Part shown: one piece after another, positions 45,664-59,786 of the stretch
Layout: each line of letters starts with the position of its first letter
Numbering within the stretch: position 1 is the first letter of the stretch
Origin: Selaginella moellendorffii
Lineage: Eukaryota > Plantae > Lycopodiophyta
Direction of reading: 5' to 3'
Length of the DNA stretch: 64,000 nucleotides
Assembly (NCBI RefSeq): GCF_000143415.4
Contig: NW_003314320.1
Location: 556,586 to 620,585 of the forward strand
The notes under the pieces: model-generated
Databases searched by the model: none
The model's input: the letters and a program-made list of their open reading frames with translations, nothing else
What the model was told of the DNA's origin: nothing
Translations under genes and position numbers: made by a program

Positions 45664-46605
45664 AACTTGGTTTATGCTGGTTGTTTCTTTGACTCTCATC
45701 TGCAGTGTTGTCTATTTTGAAATGTGAGACAACAATCCAATATCATTATGGAACAGGTTCACCAGTCCTCTTACATACTTTTGGTTTGCCCAAGTGATAT
45801 CCTAAGCAATGGCTAAGATTGATTTTATCTTTCACAGGAAAACAGTTCTATGAATTCAAAAGTTATCTCCCTCCATAATATTTGCCACCCCAAGAAAGAC
45901 AAAAGTCTTCGTTCTAGGCTTTGTTCTCAGCTTTTAACTTGCAGGGGCTTACATCATACAGATCAATCAGTTTCTGAGCTAGGGGACTTTCTGAAGAGGT
46001 TGAGAAGGCTTGCCACATACAAACCAAGAGATTCTTTTGACAGCCATTTGTGAGGGAAAGAAAGAGTTATGATCAGCTATAAGGATGGGATGAAATCACA
46101 CAATTGCTACTATTGTCTTGTGGTGATAGATTTACGGCCACCAGCTTATTTGCAGTCTAGTGGCAAAAAACAAGCCTTAAAGCTCTCCTATTTAATCGGG
46201 TTTTAACATTCTTAATTTCATGGAAACAGCCTAAGTTCTTCAGCCACTTATAAGGGAAAGCCATTCTCCCTTTTCTCTTTCATTATCAGTTCTGAGGATG
46301 GGATGAAATTCAAACAATTGCTACTGATCTTGTAAGTGATGGAGTTAAGGCTGTCTGCTTGGATGGCTTGCTATGCTCACCCCCCTACCTACTGCCACAG
46401 AGATATAAATTACACATAAACTAAACATAAAATAGTATAGCAAGATAGATAGATTTCCATATTCAAGTTGAGCAATAAAAATGCATAAATAAAAAAAGAA
46501 ATATCATTAGTCAACATTAGATTACACTTGTAGAATGCTTGATCATCACTCTTGTCCCTTTAATGTTTCGTCTTCAGCCCTGGAATTAAAATTTAATTGA
46601 ATGTA

Positions 46606-48312
46606 TCAAGATAGTCTTGGAGTTTTGGAAGAATATATGTTGGATATTAAAGCATACGGAGCTCCAACATGAGCCTTATTATCCCCTGCCAAAACACCCT
46701 CTGCAATACAAACCCCGTGATCTATTCTGCCATGAATCATACAAGCACCAATTAATGTAGTCCAAGCCACAGGATCAGCACTGCCAGCCATATCCTTCAC
46801 CACTTGTTCCGCCCCTCGAATCCATCCAGCTCTTCCCAAAAGATCCACCAAACTCCTCCAGTGATCACCACTCGGTGTCAACCTCTCGTCTCTAACCATG
46901 GACAAGAAGCAAAAGATCCCTTGCTCCACCAATCCGGCATGGCTGCAAGCAAACATCATCTCCAGGAACGTCACTTGATCCGGCTTGGTTCCATCCAAGC
47001 GCATCTCCTGGAACACCTCCACTGCCTCATTGGCATGCCCAAGCTGGGCATAAGCCTCTATCATCGAATTCCAAGACACCACCGTGTTCCTCCGGAGAGA
47101 AGACCTTCTCGCGGCATCAAACACCACTCTCGCATCGCTCCAGCTCCCACACTTCCCATACATGTTGATGAGCCCATTGCTCACATTCTCTTCGCCATCG
47201 AATCCAGCCTCCACGATCTGCCCGTGAACCCCTCTCCCGATTTCCAGATCGCCCAGAAGCGAGCAGGCCTCAAGAACCGCCAAGAACGTCACCGAGTTGG
47301 GCTTGATCCTGCCCATCCTCGCGAAGCCATCCAGCGCTTGCCTGGGATGCCCATTCTGCGCATACGCAGAGATCATCGCGCACCAGGTGATTACGTTCTT
47401 GTGCTCCATTCGATCAAACACATCCCGCGCGGCTTCCAGCGCGCCGAATCGCCCATGCATGCTCACCAGCGCAGATCCCACCACGACATCCAGCTCCAGC
47501 CCCGCGCTGCAAATCCTGGCGTGAATCGATCGCCCCTCCGCCAAGCTCTGGCACGCCCCAAGAACACTCGGATAAGTGCTCTCATCGGCCCGGATCCCTT
47601 CCTCCTCCATTCTCCGGTAGAGCTCCACTGCCTCCCTGCGATGCCCGTTCTGGGCAAATGCTGTAATCATCGCGTTCCACGATACCAGATTGCGATCCTG
47701 GATCCGATCAAACACTGCGAGTGCCTCGATCACTGCCCCACACTTGCTAAACATGTTGATCATCGCAGTCTCCACGATCACGTCCGATCGTGCGCCGCCC
47801 GCCACGATGATCCTGTCGAGGACAGTTCTCCGGACGCGCACCTCGATTGCCCTGGCCAAAGCCAGATCGCCGATCCCCGCGATTGCGCCTATGGCGCTCA
47901 CGAGCGTCGCGCTCTCCGCCGGGATCCCTTGCTGGTCCATCGCGCGAAACAATCGCAGCGCCGCGCGGTCGTGGCCATTGAGCACGTAGGCCGCCATGAG
48001 GATCGCCCACGAGAAGAGATTGGGCTCTTCAATCGCGTCGAATGCCTCGCGCGCGCGGGAGAGCTCGCCGCAGCGCCCATACATCTGGACGACGAGATTG
48101 GCGAGGAATGTGGAGCAGCGGCCGCGCGAGCGGAGAAGGATCTGGGCGTGGACGCGGCTGCCATGAGCTAGAGATTTGGATCGGCCGCACAGGCGCAGCA
48201 GCTGCGCGCATCGGTATGCGTCGTCGCCGCCGGCAGTGGATTCCTCCTCCAGCCGCCGCACCACTTCCTCGATCGAGGAGAGATTTTGGTGCCGGATTGA
48301 TGATACCGGCAT
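46606..48312 (-). CDS. PLS-class PPR protein with E domain, no DYW
   Basis: Intronless ORF with PLS motifs, ACSHAGLVEQG, LVDLLGRAG, W.TLIGAC and PYALISNIYS; first ATG at 48312. Confidence 0.95.
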   Translation of the reverse strand: MPVSSIRHQNLSSIEEVVRRLEEESTAGGDDAYRCAQLLRLCGRSKSLAHGSRVHAQILLRSRGRCSTFLANLVVQMYGRCGELSRAREAFDAIEEPNLFSWAILMAAYVLNGHDRAALRLFRAMDQQGIPAESATLVSAIGAIAGIGDLALARAIEVRVRRTVLDRIIVAGGARSDVIVETAMINMFSKCGAVIEALAVFDRIQDRNLVSWNAMITAFAQNGHRREAVELYRRMEEEGIRADESTYPSVLGACQSLAEGRSIHARICSAGLELDVVVGSALVSMHGRFGALEAARDVFDRMEHKNVITWCAMISAYAQNGHPRQALDGFARMGRIKPNSVTFLAVLEACSLLGDLEIGRGVHGQIVEAGFDGEENVSNGLINMYGKCGSWSDARVVFDAARRSSLRRNTVVSWNSMIEAYAQLGHANEAVEVFQEMRLDGTKPDQVTFLEMMFACSHAGLVEQGIFCFLSMVRDERLTPSGDHWRSLVDLLGRAGWIRGAEQVVKDMAGSADPVAWTTLIGACMIHGRIDHGVCIAEGVLAGDNKAHVGAPYALISNIYSSKTPRLS

Positions 48313-48323
48313 TCCATTTGCCA

Positions 48324-48460
48324 AGAACCCTAAAACTCCCTGTTGAAGAGAAGAAAAGTGATTTCCGTTGAGGAAATCTCTCTCTCATTCCAGAACCCTA
48401 AAACTCCCTGTTGAAGAGAATTTTCTTAAAGAAAAGTGATTTTTGTTGAGGAACTCTGTG
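48324..48460. repeat. Tandem duplication (~67 bp) of a telo-box-containing segment just upstream of the PPR start
   Basis: AGAACCCTAAAACTCCCTGTTGAAGAGAA...AAGAAAAGTGATTT..GTTGAGGAA occurs twice, followed by (CT)n and (TG)n respectively. Confidence 0.85.
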
Positions 48461-48656
48461 TGTGTGTGTGAGTGTGTGTGAATTGTTGTTGCTATACTTA
48501 CAGAATTCTGCAATGCTGGATCGATAATTTTTGAGAACAAGAGAGAGAACAAAAAAACTGAATTTAATTGAGAAACAATCGTCTGGAGCTCAACATCTCA
48601 ATAACAATGTTGAACACCAAAAAATACGTAGTTCTTAATCGGAAGAATTGGAGGAT

Positions 48657-49217
48657 CTAGAGCACCGCGGCGGCGGCGGCCACAGCTCCAAGGGCCACGA
48701 CGAAGGCGCTGGAGGAGACGAGATTGCCCGCCGCTCCTTTCTGTGGAGGTTCCGCGGGAGGAGCGGCAGCATCGGCGCTGGAGACAACGTTGATGATAAC
48801 TTTCATTCCCGCGTTGCAGTGGTTCCCAACCCCACAAACGTAGAACTTCTTGCCTGGAGCTCCGAGAGTGACGATCGGGTTTGGCTCTGTGAAAGTCTTG
48901 ACGGGATTGCTGAGATCGCAGTTGTTGTACGCCTCCTGGGTTGCAAGCGCCAGCAGACTGTGTCCCGACTCGTATTTAAACTCTAGAAACAGAGTTCCAA
49001 GAAAAAAAAAGTAAGAGATCGATATCATGTGAATTGATCGATTCGAATTGAGCTTACGCAGAGTTTGTCCCGTCAGGAAAGTTTGCGTCGCGGCCCAAGC
49101 TTTGTAGTCTTCCTTCTTCATAGACAAGTTCCATGGGGTGCTGTGGTCTTGAGCCTCGCACACCGCTGCGAAGGTCACAAGAGCGACGAGAACGGCCATG
49201 CATCTTCCCTGAGCCAT
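48657..49217 (-). CDS. Phytocyanin (uclacyanin-like), GPI-signal-like tail, 2 exons
   Basis: MAQGRCMAVLVALV signal, DYKAWAATQTF, 75-nt in-frame intron (49057-48983), GHS...YNNCD...VCGVGNHCNAGMK. Confidence 0.92.
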   Translation of the reverse strand: MAQGRCMAVLVALVTFAAVCEAQDHSTPWNLSMKKEDYKAWAATQTFLTGQTLRKLNSNRSIHMISISYFFFLGTLFLEFKYESGHSLLALATQEAYNNCDLSNPVKTFTEPNPIVTLGAPGKKFYVCGVGNHCNAGMKVIINVVSSADAAAPPAEPPQKGAAGNLVSSSAFVVALGAVAAAAAVL

Positions 49218-49814
49218 CTGGATAGAAATCACAAACTTTTCCTGGATCTTGAATTGAGCCAAGGAAGCTTCTCTTTTGCTGCTGGTAAACTTTGAAAGAT
49301 CTTTAGACAACTCTTGATGCTGCTGAGAAGACCTGGAAGATCTTTTTGCTGCCTGGGAAATGCTTTGCGATGGGCTTGTTTTTATAGTAACGGAGAGGCC
49401 TCCTCGACGGCTCCGGATGGCACACGGGCCGGAGGAAGCGCGTTGCAAATGGCCGGCCGGATCCTTAAACTTTACACAGGGCAGCAGAGAGCAAACGCTC
49501 AAACTTCCAAAAAGGACTATTGTTCCTGTTGCTTCCACCAGATGGAGCTTCGTGTTCTTCAATTCGGATGCTTGCTTGCTTTGTCTTTTCGATAAAAGGT
49601 ACAAGCAAAGTTCCTCCAAATACCAATGAATAGTTATAACATTTTATTTGCTTTCAGAAGGTAATTATATTCCAGGGCGCCATCTTTGATTATCGTAGAC
49701 TTTTGTGGCATATTTCTATGGTATTTCATGATCGAGATTATTTCTTTAAAACAATAAAACCTCAAAAGAATTTTTAAATTTTTTTTGGTAAAATCCAAAA
49801 TATTAAATCAAAAT

Positions 49815-50681
49815 CTACAACAAAATCGCCAAGGCTCCAGCCGCAGCCGCAGCGAGTCCGGCCGAGAGGACTGGAGAATTTCCAGCAGCGGAGTTTGGTC
49901 GTGGCGGAGGAAACGCAACACCGGTTGGGGTGCTGGGAACGGCGGGCGCCCCACCTGGTGCCCCGCTTGTGGCCTCGAGAACGTTAATGGGTACCCTCAT
50001 GCCTCCACCGCAGTGGCCGGGAACTCCACAGATGAACCAGTGCTCCCCACTTGTGGTCAGGGTGACCTGGATGGGGCTGGGCGTCAAGTAGGACTGGATG
50101 GGCTGGGACGCGTCGCAGCTATCGTAGGCGGCACGGCTCACTTCCAACACGTTGTGGTTGCCCGTGTAAGTAAACGCTGCAAAAGCCCAGTCAAAAGTTA
50201 CATACATGGCGGTGTAGAGTTTGGAAACAATGCAATGTCTAAGACCAAGCCATCGGAAGTTTCCGTCGCAAAAGATCTAGAAAACAAGGAAAGATGCGTT
50301 TGATCATGAGAGCAAGCATGCAAGATGTGTAAGAAGAGTTTAAAGAAGTTTTGGAGACGATGGTGCAACAGTGGAGGAGTATTGTAATACTTTGAAGAAG
50401 GTTGTGTACCATGAGCAAGATAAATGAGAGAGTTTGGCAAGGATGGAATGAAGGATCACAACTTTTTGGAAACCTCAAGAAACACAAAAGGAGTTTCGAT
50501 GTAAGAACTTACTGAGCGTGTCTCCCACCCGGAACTGGTTTGTAGCTGCCCATTCCGTGTAGCCATTCTGGATGCTCCAGCCGGGGGCGGCTCCAGCGAC
50601 CTGATAATCCACTGCCATGGCGAGCTGACAAGCTGCTACTAGAGCCAGCGCCACCATTGCGATCCACTTTGCTGCTGCCAT
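49815..50681 (-). CDS. Phytocyanin (uclacyanin-like), GPI-signal-like tail, 2 exons
   Basis: Signal peptide, GW...YTEWAATNQFRVGDTL | TFTYTGNHNVLEVSRAAYDSC...WFICGVPGHCGGGMRV. Confidence 0.93.
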
Positions 50682-51758
50682 TCTTTCCTTTCTCAAACGC
50701 AAGGTGAATTTCGATCACGGATTGAGATAATCCTGGTCGTGGAATGAAGCAAGAAGAAATCCACGAAGAACTTTGCTCTGCCGGGACTATGGAAGCAGCG
50801 GGGCTTTATACACACATGCATGCTGATCATCTCAGTCACGAAAACGCAGCTATAGAAATGAAAACGCGGATGTTACCTTGACAAAGATTTGGTCGCAAAC
50901 ATTAGGCGGTCAAATTAGTGAACGCTGAATAAGAATGCATTCTCGTTGGACTTTCTACCGCGTCACTTCCGTACGGAGAATGATCTCTGCCGTACGATCC
51001 ACCAAATGCTTCCCTGGCAATGCAAAACAAGCCAAAAAACCATGAGATGATTTGCCACCGTCCGCGAAATCAATCACCCAACAAGAAAAAAATATACACG
51101 AAAAGATTTTGTTACTGCTGGTCACAGGGGCTTTTCACAAGCACTGTAGAGTGCTTCCCAAGTACAGCCATTCTATTATTAAAAAGTATTAATTAGTAAT
51201 CTATCTTAATTGCGTGGAGAGCATTCAAGAACGTCTGGATCATCGCTCATCAAAACGAGGCCAGAGGAATTTTTTCTATAATCAAAGCCTTAACGCTGGA
51301 AAATAGGACCGTTGCGCGTCAATTCCGTACGCTCCGGGCGTGAGCCACTCACTCGTGATGAGGCCCAAGGCCGTTCCACCCGTCACTCGTGACGGTGGCC
51401 ATGTTTTAACTATTTGTCGCTTTGCAACAGCTACCTTTCCAGTGAAGGGTTAAGATCTTTTTTTTTTGCGAGAGAGGGAGAGGGTTTTAAGCATCGCGCA
51501 CTGCCACAGCCTGCCCCCAGCTCAGCTCAGCGCAAACGTCTCTCATCCCTCTCCTTTAAATGCCACTGCCCTCGCTTCATTCCTCCTCTCTCGCGTAGCC
51601 TAGCGCGTCCTCGCTCGCTCTCGCGCGCCCAGATCTAGCAGCAATCCACTCCCTCCATCCGGCAATCCACCGCGCCCTCTCGGTAGAATCTTGCATTGGG
51701 TCTCGTGGGCAGCCTCTCATTCGCCCAGATCGATCCTACATTCTCTAGATTTCTTGCA

Positions 51759-52483
51759 ATGGCTTTCGGGAGGAGACCACAGCTCTTGGCGCTGGCTCTT
51801 TTGGCGCTGATCCACACCTGCATTTGCGAGGAGGAGTTCGTGGGTAAGTTTCCTAGCGCTAGTTGATCTAGATCTAGAGCAGAGGGCGATGATTCGAGCG
51901 ACAGAACAGAGATTCTGGTCGATCTTTACTGAGATTCTTTTCGTTCTTCTGGTTCTTTGTGGCAGTTCATCCAGGCAAGGGACTAAACATCATCCTGGCG
52001 ACTCCGGCGGGAGCTCCCTCTGGAAGCGCGGCAGGGCCAGCGGCGACCGTACCACCGCCACCAACCGTACCGGCCCCGGTTGCGGCTCCTCCTCCGTCCG
52101 TCCCTCCTCCAGTTGTGGCGCCCGCGACCCCACCGACGGTACCGCCCCCAGTTGCGACTCCACCACCGGCACCAGTTCCAGTTGCCACTCCGCCCCCGGC
52201 TGCGGCGCCCGCCCCAGTTGTGCTGACCCCACCCGTGGCTGCACCGACTCCAGTTGTGGCAGCGCCTACCCCGGTTCTGACGCCCCCGGTTGCCACTCCA
52301 GTTGTGACCCCGACCGCCTCACCGGCAGCTTCCCCACCTGCGCCTCCAACCGGTTCCAGCCCCGCTAGCGCTCCAGGCGCGTCCGACCTCGCTCCTCAAT
52401 CTCCATCGTCCGCAATCTCAATCGTCGCATCCGCAGCGTCCGTTCTCGTGGCCTCTTCCCTCGCGGCGGCGCTTCTATTCTAG
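51759..52483 (+). CDS. Classical arabinogalactan protein (Pro/Ala/Thr-rich, GPI-anchored), 2 exons
   Basis: Exon 1 (51759-51843) encodes a signal peptide; exon 2 has AP/TP/VP repeats and a hydrophobic C terminus after SPSSA. Confidence 0.88.
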
Positions 52484-53941
52484 AGCGTAGGGGGGTGGTC
52501 TACGTATCATTTGGAGGGATTGGATTTTTTTTTTCTTTCATTGGGGAAGCACACACACACTACACGCACCACCACCTTTCACACGGCTCATTGGTTTTGA
52601 TTTGAGTGTTTTGATCCCCCTATAAGCTATCTAGGAAGGAATTGGATGTAGATGAGTCATTCTAGAGATATAGAGAGAGCCCCACTTGTTTTGTCCCTTG
52701 GCTGGACCTTTAGATCATAATTTATTTCATGGATTCTTTTTCCATGCTGCATCCTTTAGATCAATTCCTGGCTGCTGCTGCTGCATCTTTCAGTGCAAAT
52801 TGGTCCAAGAAAAAGATGAGGAAAAAAAGGAGCTGTGGATGTGACTTGCTTTTGTTGCTTGCTTTGTTTTCCGGCTTTACAAGCTTTTCGCCAGTTGATA
52901 GACTATAGCTGTGTGTCCTCCAATATTCTGTGTGGAGAGCCAAAGTCTCTCTTTCTTTTTTCTTCCGTGAGGCAGCCATGCGAACGACCGATCGATCTCC
53001 TTTACAGGAAGAATTCATCATCATGTCTACGTCTTTAGAAGAAGAAAAACTAGGAAGGAAGGAAGAAGAAGAAGAAGCAGCTGCCGGGCATTGCAACTTG
53101 GACTTTCTTGATAGTAATCAGAGGTGAATCACGATTGTTGGAGGGGAGGTCGGTTTCAATGTCCGTTGGTTCACATGTGAGCATGGGTCCACACACACGC
53201 GCAGCACACAGTTGACAGCTGAGGGTTCAGGCACAGTCTGAACTGGCTGCTGCAAAACGTTTCTTTTTTTTAATCAGGAATGATGAACCCTAAAAGTCCT
53301 ATTCCAAAAACTCGGATGTTGGAAGGGCAAGCGTGAAATATTGTTACAAATTATGTTGTGAAATATTGAGGAAAAGTCTGAGGAAATCAAATGTTTGCAT
53401 TCTGAAGTTTATGGCAAAGTAGATCAAGATCCTTTCTCTCTGATTCTCTTGAATCATGGGTGTTATTTATCTATCTATATGCTTCTATATTAGTTTCGTG
53501 GTGCCCAACTTGAAGCATGAGATTGATGGATGAAAAAAGCAAGGGTTTGTGAGCTTTGCTAATGATGCTCAAGTTCCAAGTATGCAATCTATGATCTATA
53601 TTATCTATATAACTATGCAAGTAGCAAGTACACAGGTGAGGAAATGGTTCATGCTATAAAGCGTAATATTTATTTTCTGGGAAAGACTCGTGGGCCTGAA
53701 AATGGCGTGGAGTGAATTGCAAGTGAAGTGAAAAGCAAATGTGGTGGTGGTGGTAGTGCTTTAGAAATGAAAAGCACACACAGGAAGGAAAAGGACCTGA
53801 AGTGTTCCAGAATGGATTAAACAAAACGTATGAATTTAATAAATTAATTCTCAAATTTTCTCTCTTTTTTTAAAAAATAAATAAATAAATGACCAAATCA
53901 AACCCACGCTGCACAGATCTATGAATTATAAAACAGCGGCA

Positions 53942-55309
53942 CTAGGACGGGAGATGCCGACTCAAAAGGCCTTCAAACGCAAGATACAGATCCTTGTTGT
54001 CAGCTCCAAATATGTCTCCGGCTTTCCTCAGCGTTTCCTGGAGCAAATAAATCCAATTCCAAGTGTTTTTTGCCTTCCAGATCTTCTGTTCTTACCTCCC
54101 GTGTTTGGCGATGTGCGTTGAGTTCCTTGATATTGGCGAGGAAGGCACTGAATTGCTCGTAGGACAGACGATTCCTGCGATTCCATAAAAAAGAAAACGG
54201 TGAGAAAAGAACAGCTTTTGCATTAGACTTTACCTTGCTTGCCGGAAAAATTCCTTCCCATCCACCTTGGGAGTCCGACCTGGATGGAAAGATGCGACGG
54301 ATAACTTAGCAACGATACAAAACTCTAAGTTTTACCTGGTATAGGAGGCGAGCTTGGTGCAGTTATAGTATGGCTCGCTGGAAGAGATGCGAATCTCGGT
54401 TCAATTGCCGACAGTCGACGAGGCGAGCCTGGAGCCGATAATTGCAAAGGTGTTACCGATGCTGATAGATCCTTTGGAGAACCTATGGGAGACAACTTTG
54501 GCGTAAGCGTTGGAGTGAGCGAGAGTGTGCGGTTCCTTTGAGCTATATCGATTACGGTTATATCAGTTTAAGGAAAAGTTGAAACGATTACCATCTTGGA
54601 TATCATCTTGGCCGGAACCGGACGTATCTGCATCTGTAATGCAGACAGATGGAACAGTGTCACAAAGCAATAGAACAGTGTCGAGCTACCTTTGACGCGA
54701 TTTCCAGATTCCTGGGAATTGGAAAGAAAATTTATAGTGCGTGAGTGAAAAGAGCATCGTTTTTCTAGTCACATACCGTACCACCGTCCTCGTCTTCTTG
54801 TAGAGACTGCATCAAAGTTCGCTTGAATGCTTCCAGCTGCCAGATAAAATTAACGAGAAACAAAAACACAAACGTGAGAGATGAAAGAGAAGACAGGAAA
54901 AAAAAAATCAAACCTTTGCAACATCTCTATTCAGTTTCTTCACTGTGCTCATAAGAACGTTTCTCTCATTCGTAAGTTTGGTCTGGAGAGAGTTTGAGAG
55001 CAATCAGCGAAAAAAAGAAAGAGATCAATCCAATTCTATCCAGACCTGTTCATCCAACGCCGTTGTCAATCGACCCATAGCATCCTGCAAATTGTGCTCG
55101 GTCTCCGAGAGCCTCTCCTTCAATTCGTAGATAACTTTGTCCCTCTCCGCCACTTTTTGCATGAGCTTCTTCTCATCGGCCTCCAGTTTGGCCACTCTCA
55201 ATGTGATAGCCATGGATGTAATCCTCCTCGCCAAATCCAGCTGCTCGAAGGGGTCCGTCGGCAGCACCGACAGCACCTCCTTTGGCAGATCAAAATCCAC
55301 GCCCATCAT
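53942..55309 (-). CDS. At4g15545/NAIP-like coiled-coil protein, multi-exon
   Basis: N-terminal LP.EVLSVLP.DPFEQLDLARRITS.A, LNRDVAKLEAFKRTLMQSL, and C-terminal DGKEFFRQARNRLSYEQFSAFLANIKELNAH.QTREETLRKA..IFG.DNKDLY..FEGLL. Confidence 0.9.
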
Positions 55310-55681
55310 CGTGGAAGAATCGCCTGCCCTTGGCGGGGAATTCCGGGAATTCGAGCAAACGGTAGAATCACGATCTTACCAGAGGAGATGGCGCATTGGG
55401 GCAGAATGCGGCATCGAGGAATAGGAAATTGGAGCGCGATGCAGCATCCCACGAGCCCTAATCTCTCCCTCTCTCCCCCGGAATTAGGGTTCCAGACAAA
55501 ACCCCTTGTTCATATCTGGATATATAGTCTTCTCCAAACAAATGGGACTTTCCGCCACGGAACGGTATGTCCAATCTGTACCGTTGGTTTCGCCATATCT
55601 TACGCGCCGGAACTTTTAATTCAAATTCAAAATTTACCGCCAAAAAAGTTCTTCCCCAGCTTTTTTCCCAGGGAGTGTGAT

Positions 55682-57611
<1,930 letters not shown>

Positions 57612-57803
57612 TCAATTGGCGAACGATAGCTCTTGCAGGAATTGGTGGTCTTTCAAGACGATCGAGCCTTCCGCGATCATAGCATTTAGACCCGAAACTC
57701 GCGCAGTCGGCTACGATCCATGCTTGGCGCCAAAAATGTTCTTGGATATTTCGGATATTCTCGGTTTGTGCTTCCATCTCTTGATCAATTGCTCGATCGA
57801 TCC

Positions 57804-59786
57804 TCAGAAATACCCCATGGTGGGCTTCATCGCTTGCTCGAAATCGCCATCGCCCTCTTGCCTCCTCCTACCCGATTTGTACAAATTGTGGAGCAACACA
57901 TACGGCGCCGAGTCCTCTGGATCCAGCTGAAAGACACACTGCGCGGCCTGCTGCGCCCCTCTCCCAAGACTCCCATAGTTCCTATACCCGCCCAGGAGCG
58001 TCGCCCACGCCACGGAATCGGGCTGGAAGGGCATGTTTGCGATCAAATCCTCGGCCTCCTTGATCCACCCGGACCGCCCAAGAACATCGATCAGACACAC
58101 ATAGAGGTCGTGATCCACGTCCCTCGCCATGGAGTAATCCGTGCTCATCGAGACGAAGTAGTGGCAACCCAGATCGACGCGCCCGGCGTGGCTGCAAGCC
58201 CCCAGCACGGCCACGAACGTCACTCCATCGGGCGTGATCCCATCCAGCGCCATCTCCGCGAAGAACGCGAGCGATCTCCTGGTATGCCCGCCGTGGGCAT
58301 ACGAGGAGATCATCACATTCCACGACCAGCGATCCCGGTCGGGCATATCGTCGAAGAGCGACTCGGCCATGGCGAGGCTGCCGCAGCGGCCGTACATGTG
58401 AAGCAGCGCATTGCGGAGGTACGCGTCGGGCTCCGTACCGCTGGCCGTGATCTCCGCGTGGAGGATCTGGCCCTCGAGCAGCGCCTGGAGGTCCGCGCAG
58501 GCATCGATTGCGCTCATGAAAGTGATGTCGTTGGGATGCATACCCGTGAGATCCATGAGCTTGAAGATCTCTAGGGCATCCCACCCCCGGCCGTTCTTCA
58601 CGTAGCCGGAGATCATCGCGTTCCAGCTCGCGACGTTGCGCTGCTCCATGGCGTCGAACAGCCGCCGGGACTCGTCCACGTCACCATTCTGGGCGTATGC
58701 CGCCACCATGGCGTTGTACGACACGAGAACCTTCTGCGGCATCTTTTCGAAGAGCGCCCTCGCCTGGAGAATATCCCCGTGCTGGGCAAATGCCGTGACC
58801 ATCGCCGTCCAGGTCACCGGGTCCCTCTTGGGCATCGCGTCGAATATCCGCTTTGCCTCCCCCAGATACCCGCACTGGGCATATGCCGTGATCATCGCGT
58901 TCCACGACACGACATTCTTGTCGGGCATGGCATCGAAAATACCCCGTGCCTCGCGGAGATTCCCCTTCTGGGCGTACGCCGTCACCATGCACGTCCAGGA
59001 GATGACGTTCTTCTGCGGCATGTCGTCAAACACCGCGCGGGCATCCTCCGTATGCCCGTACATGGCATATCCCTTGACCATGTTGTTCCACGAGGAGATA
59101 TTCCGTACGGGCATGGCGTCGAAGAGGCGGCGCGCCTCGCCCAGGCAGCCATTCTCGATGTAGCCGGTGATCATGGCCGTCCACGAGACGACGTTCTTAT
59201 CGGGCATCTTGTCGAATATCCGCCGGGCCTCGAGAATATGCCCGTTCTCGGCATATGCGGTGACGATGCTCGTCCACGAGACCACGTCCTTCTTGGGGAT
59301 CTTGGCGAAGACGTCTAGGGCTTCCGCGAGATGCCCGCCCTTGGCGTAGGCGTTGATCATCGCGTTGGCGCCCACCGTGCTCTTCTCGGGCATCTCCTCG
59401 TACATTTTGCGCGCCTCCTCCAGATGCCCGTTCCTCCCCAGCGCGGACACCATGATGTTCCACGAGAATGCGTTGCGATCGCCGCGGTCCAGGCTCTGGA
59501 ACACCGATCGGACGTGCTCCAGGCTGCCGCATTTGCTGTACATGTCCATGAGCAGGTTCTTGAGGTAGCGATCGGCGGCGTAGCTGGAGGCCTTGATCCG
59601 GCCGTGGATCGCCACCGCCTCGGCCAGATCCTTGGCCTTGGAGCACGATTTGACGCAGCAGGCGAGCGCGTGGTACTCCTGGAAGCTGGCATCGTCGAAT
59701 CGCGCGCGGGCGAGGCGCTCGGGGGGGATTATGGCCGCGGCGTCGCGAGATCCAGGCGCTGTGGGATCCCCGAAACGGACGGGCAT
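57804..59786 (-). CDS. PPR protein with S-type repeat run and E domain, no DYW
   Basis: 660-aa intronless ORF with repeated FD.MP.KNVVSW..M..AYA..G; ACSHAG, CLIDVLGRSG, MPFQPD..AW.TLLG, PYVLLHNLY. Confidence 0.95.
   Translation of the reverse strand: MPVRFGDPTAPGSRDAAAIIPPERLARARFDDASFQEYHALACCVKSCSKAKDLAEAVAIHGRIKASSYAADRYLKNLLMDMYSKCGSLEHVRSVFQSLDRGDRNAFSWNIMVSALGRNGHLEEARKMYEEMPEKSTVGANAMINAYAKGGHLAEALDVFAKIPKKDVVSWTSIVTAYAENGHILEARRIFDKMPDKNVVSWTAMITGYIENGCLGEARRLFDAMPVRNISSWNNMVKGYAMYGHTEDARAVFDDMPQKNVISWTCMVTAYAQKGNLREARGIFDAMPDKNVVSWNAMITAYAQCGYLGEAKRIFDAMPKRDPVTWTAMVTAFAQHGDILQARALFEKMPQKVLVSYNAMVAAYAQNGDVDESRRLFDAMEQRNVASWNAMISGYVKNGRGWDALEIFKLMDLTGMHPNDITFMSAIDACADLQALLEGQILHAEITASGTEPDAYLRNALLHMYGRCGSLAMAESLFDDMPDRDRWSWNVMISSYAHGGHTRRSLAFFAEMALDGITPDGVTFVAVLGACSHAGRVDLGCHYFVSMSTDYSMARDVDHDLYVCLIDVLGRSGWIKEAEDLIANMPFQPDSVAWATLLGGYRNYGSLGRGAQQAAQCVFQLDPEDSAPYVLLHNLYKSGRRRQEGDGDFEQAMKPTMGYF

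Noticed and set aside
48657-49619. 320-aa ORF with a long N-terminal extension on the phytocyanin
   Set aside because: It begins at a non-ATG codon, runs through promoter/5' UTR and an in-frame 75-nt intron; the signal peptide starts at 49217.
51005-51020. CTTCCCTGGC matching the 3' half of miR408 near the phytocyanins
   Set aside because: Only ~10 nt match, the seed region is missing and I see no precursor hairpin.
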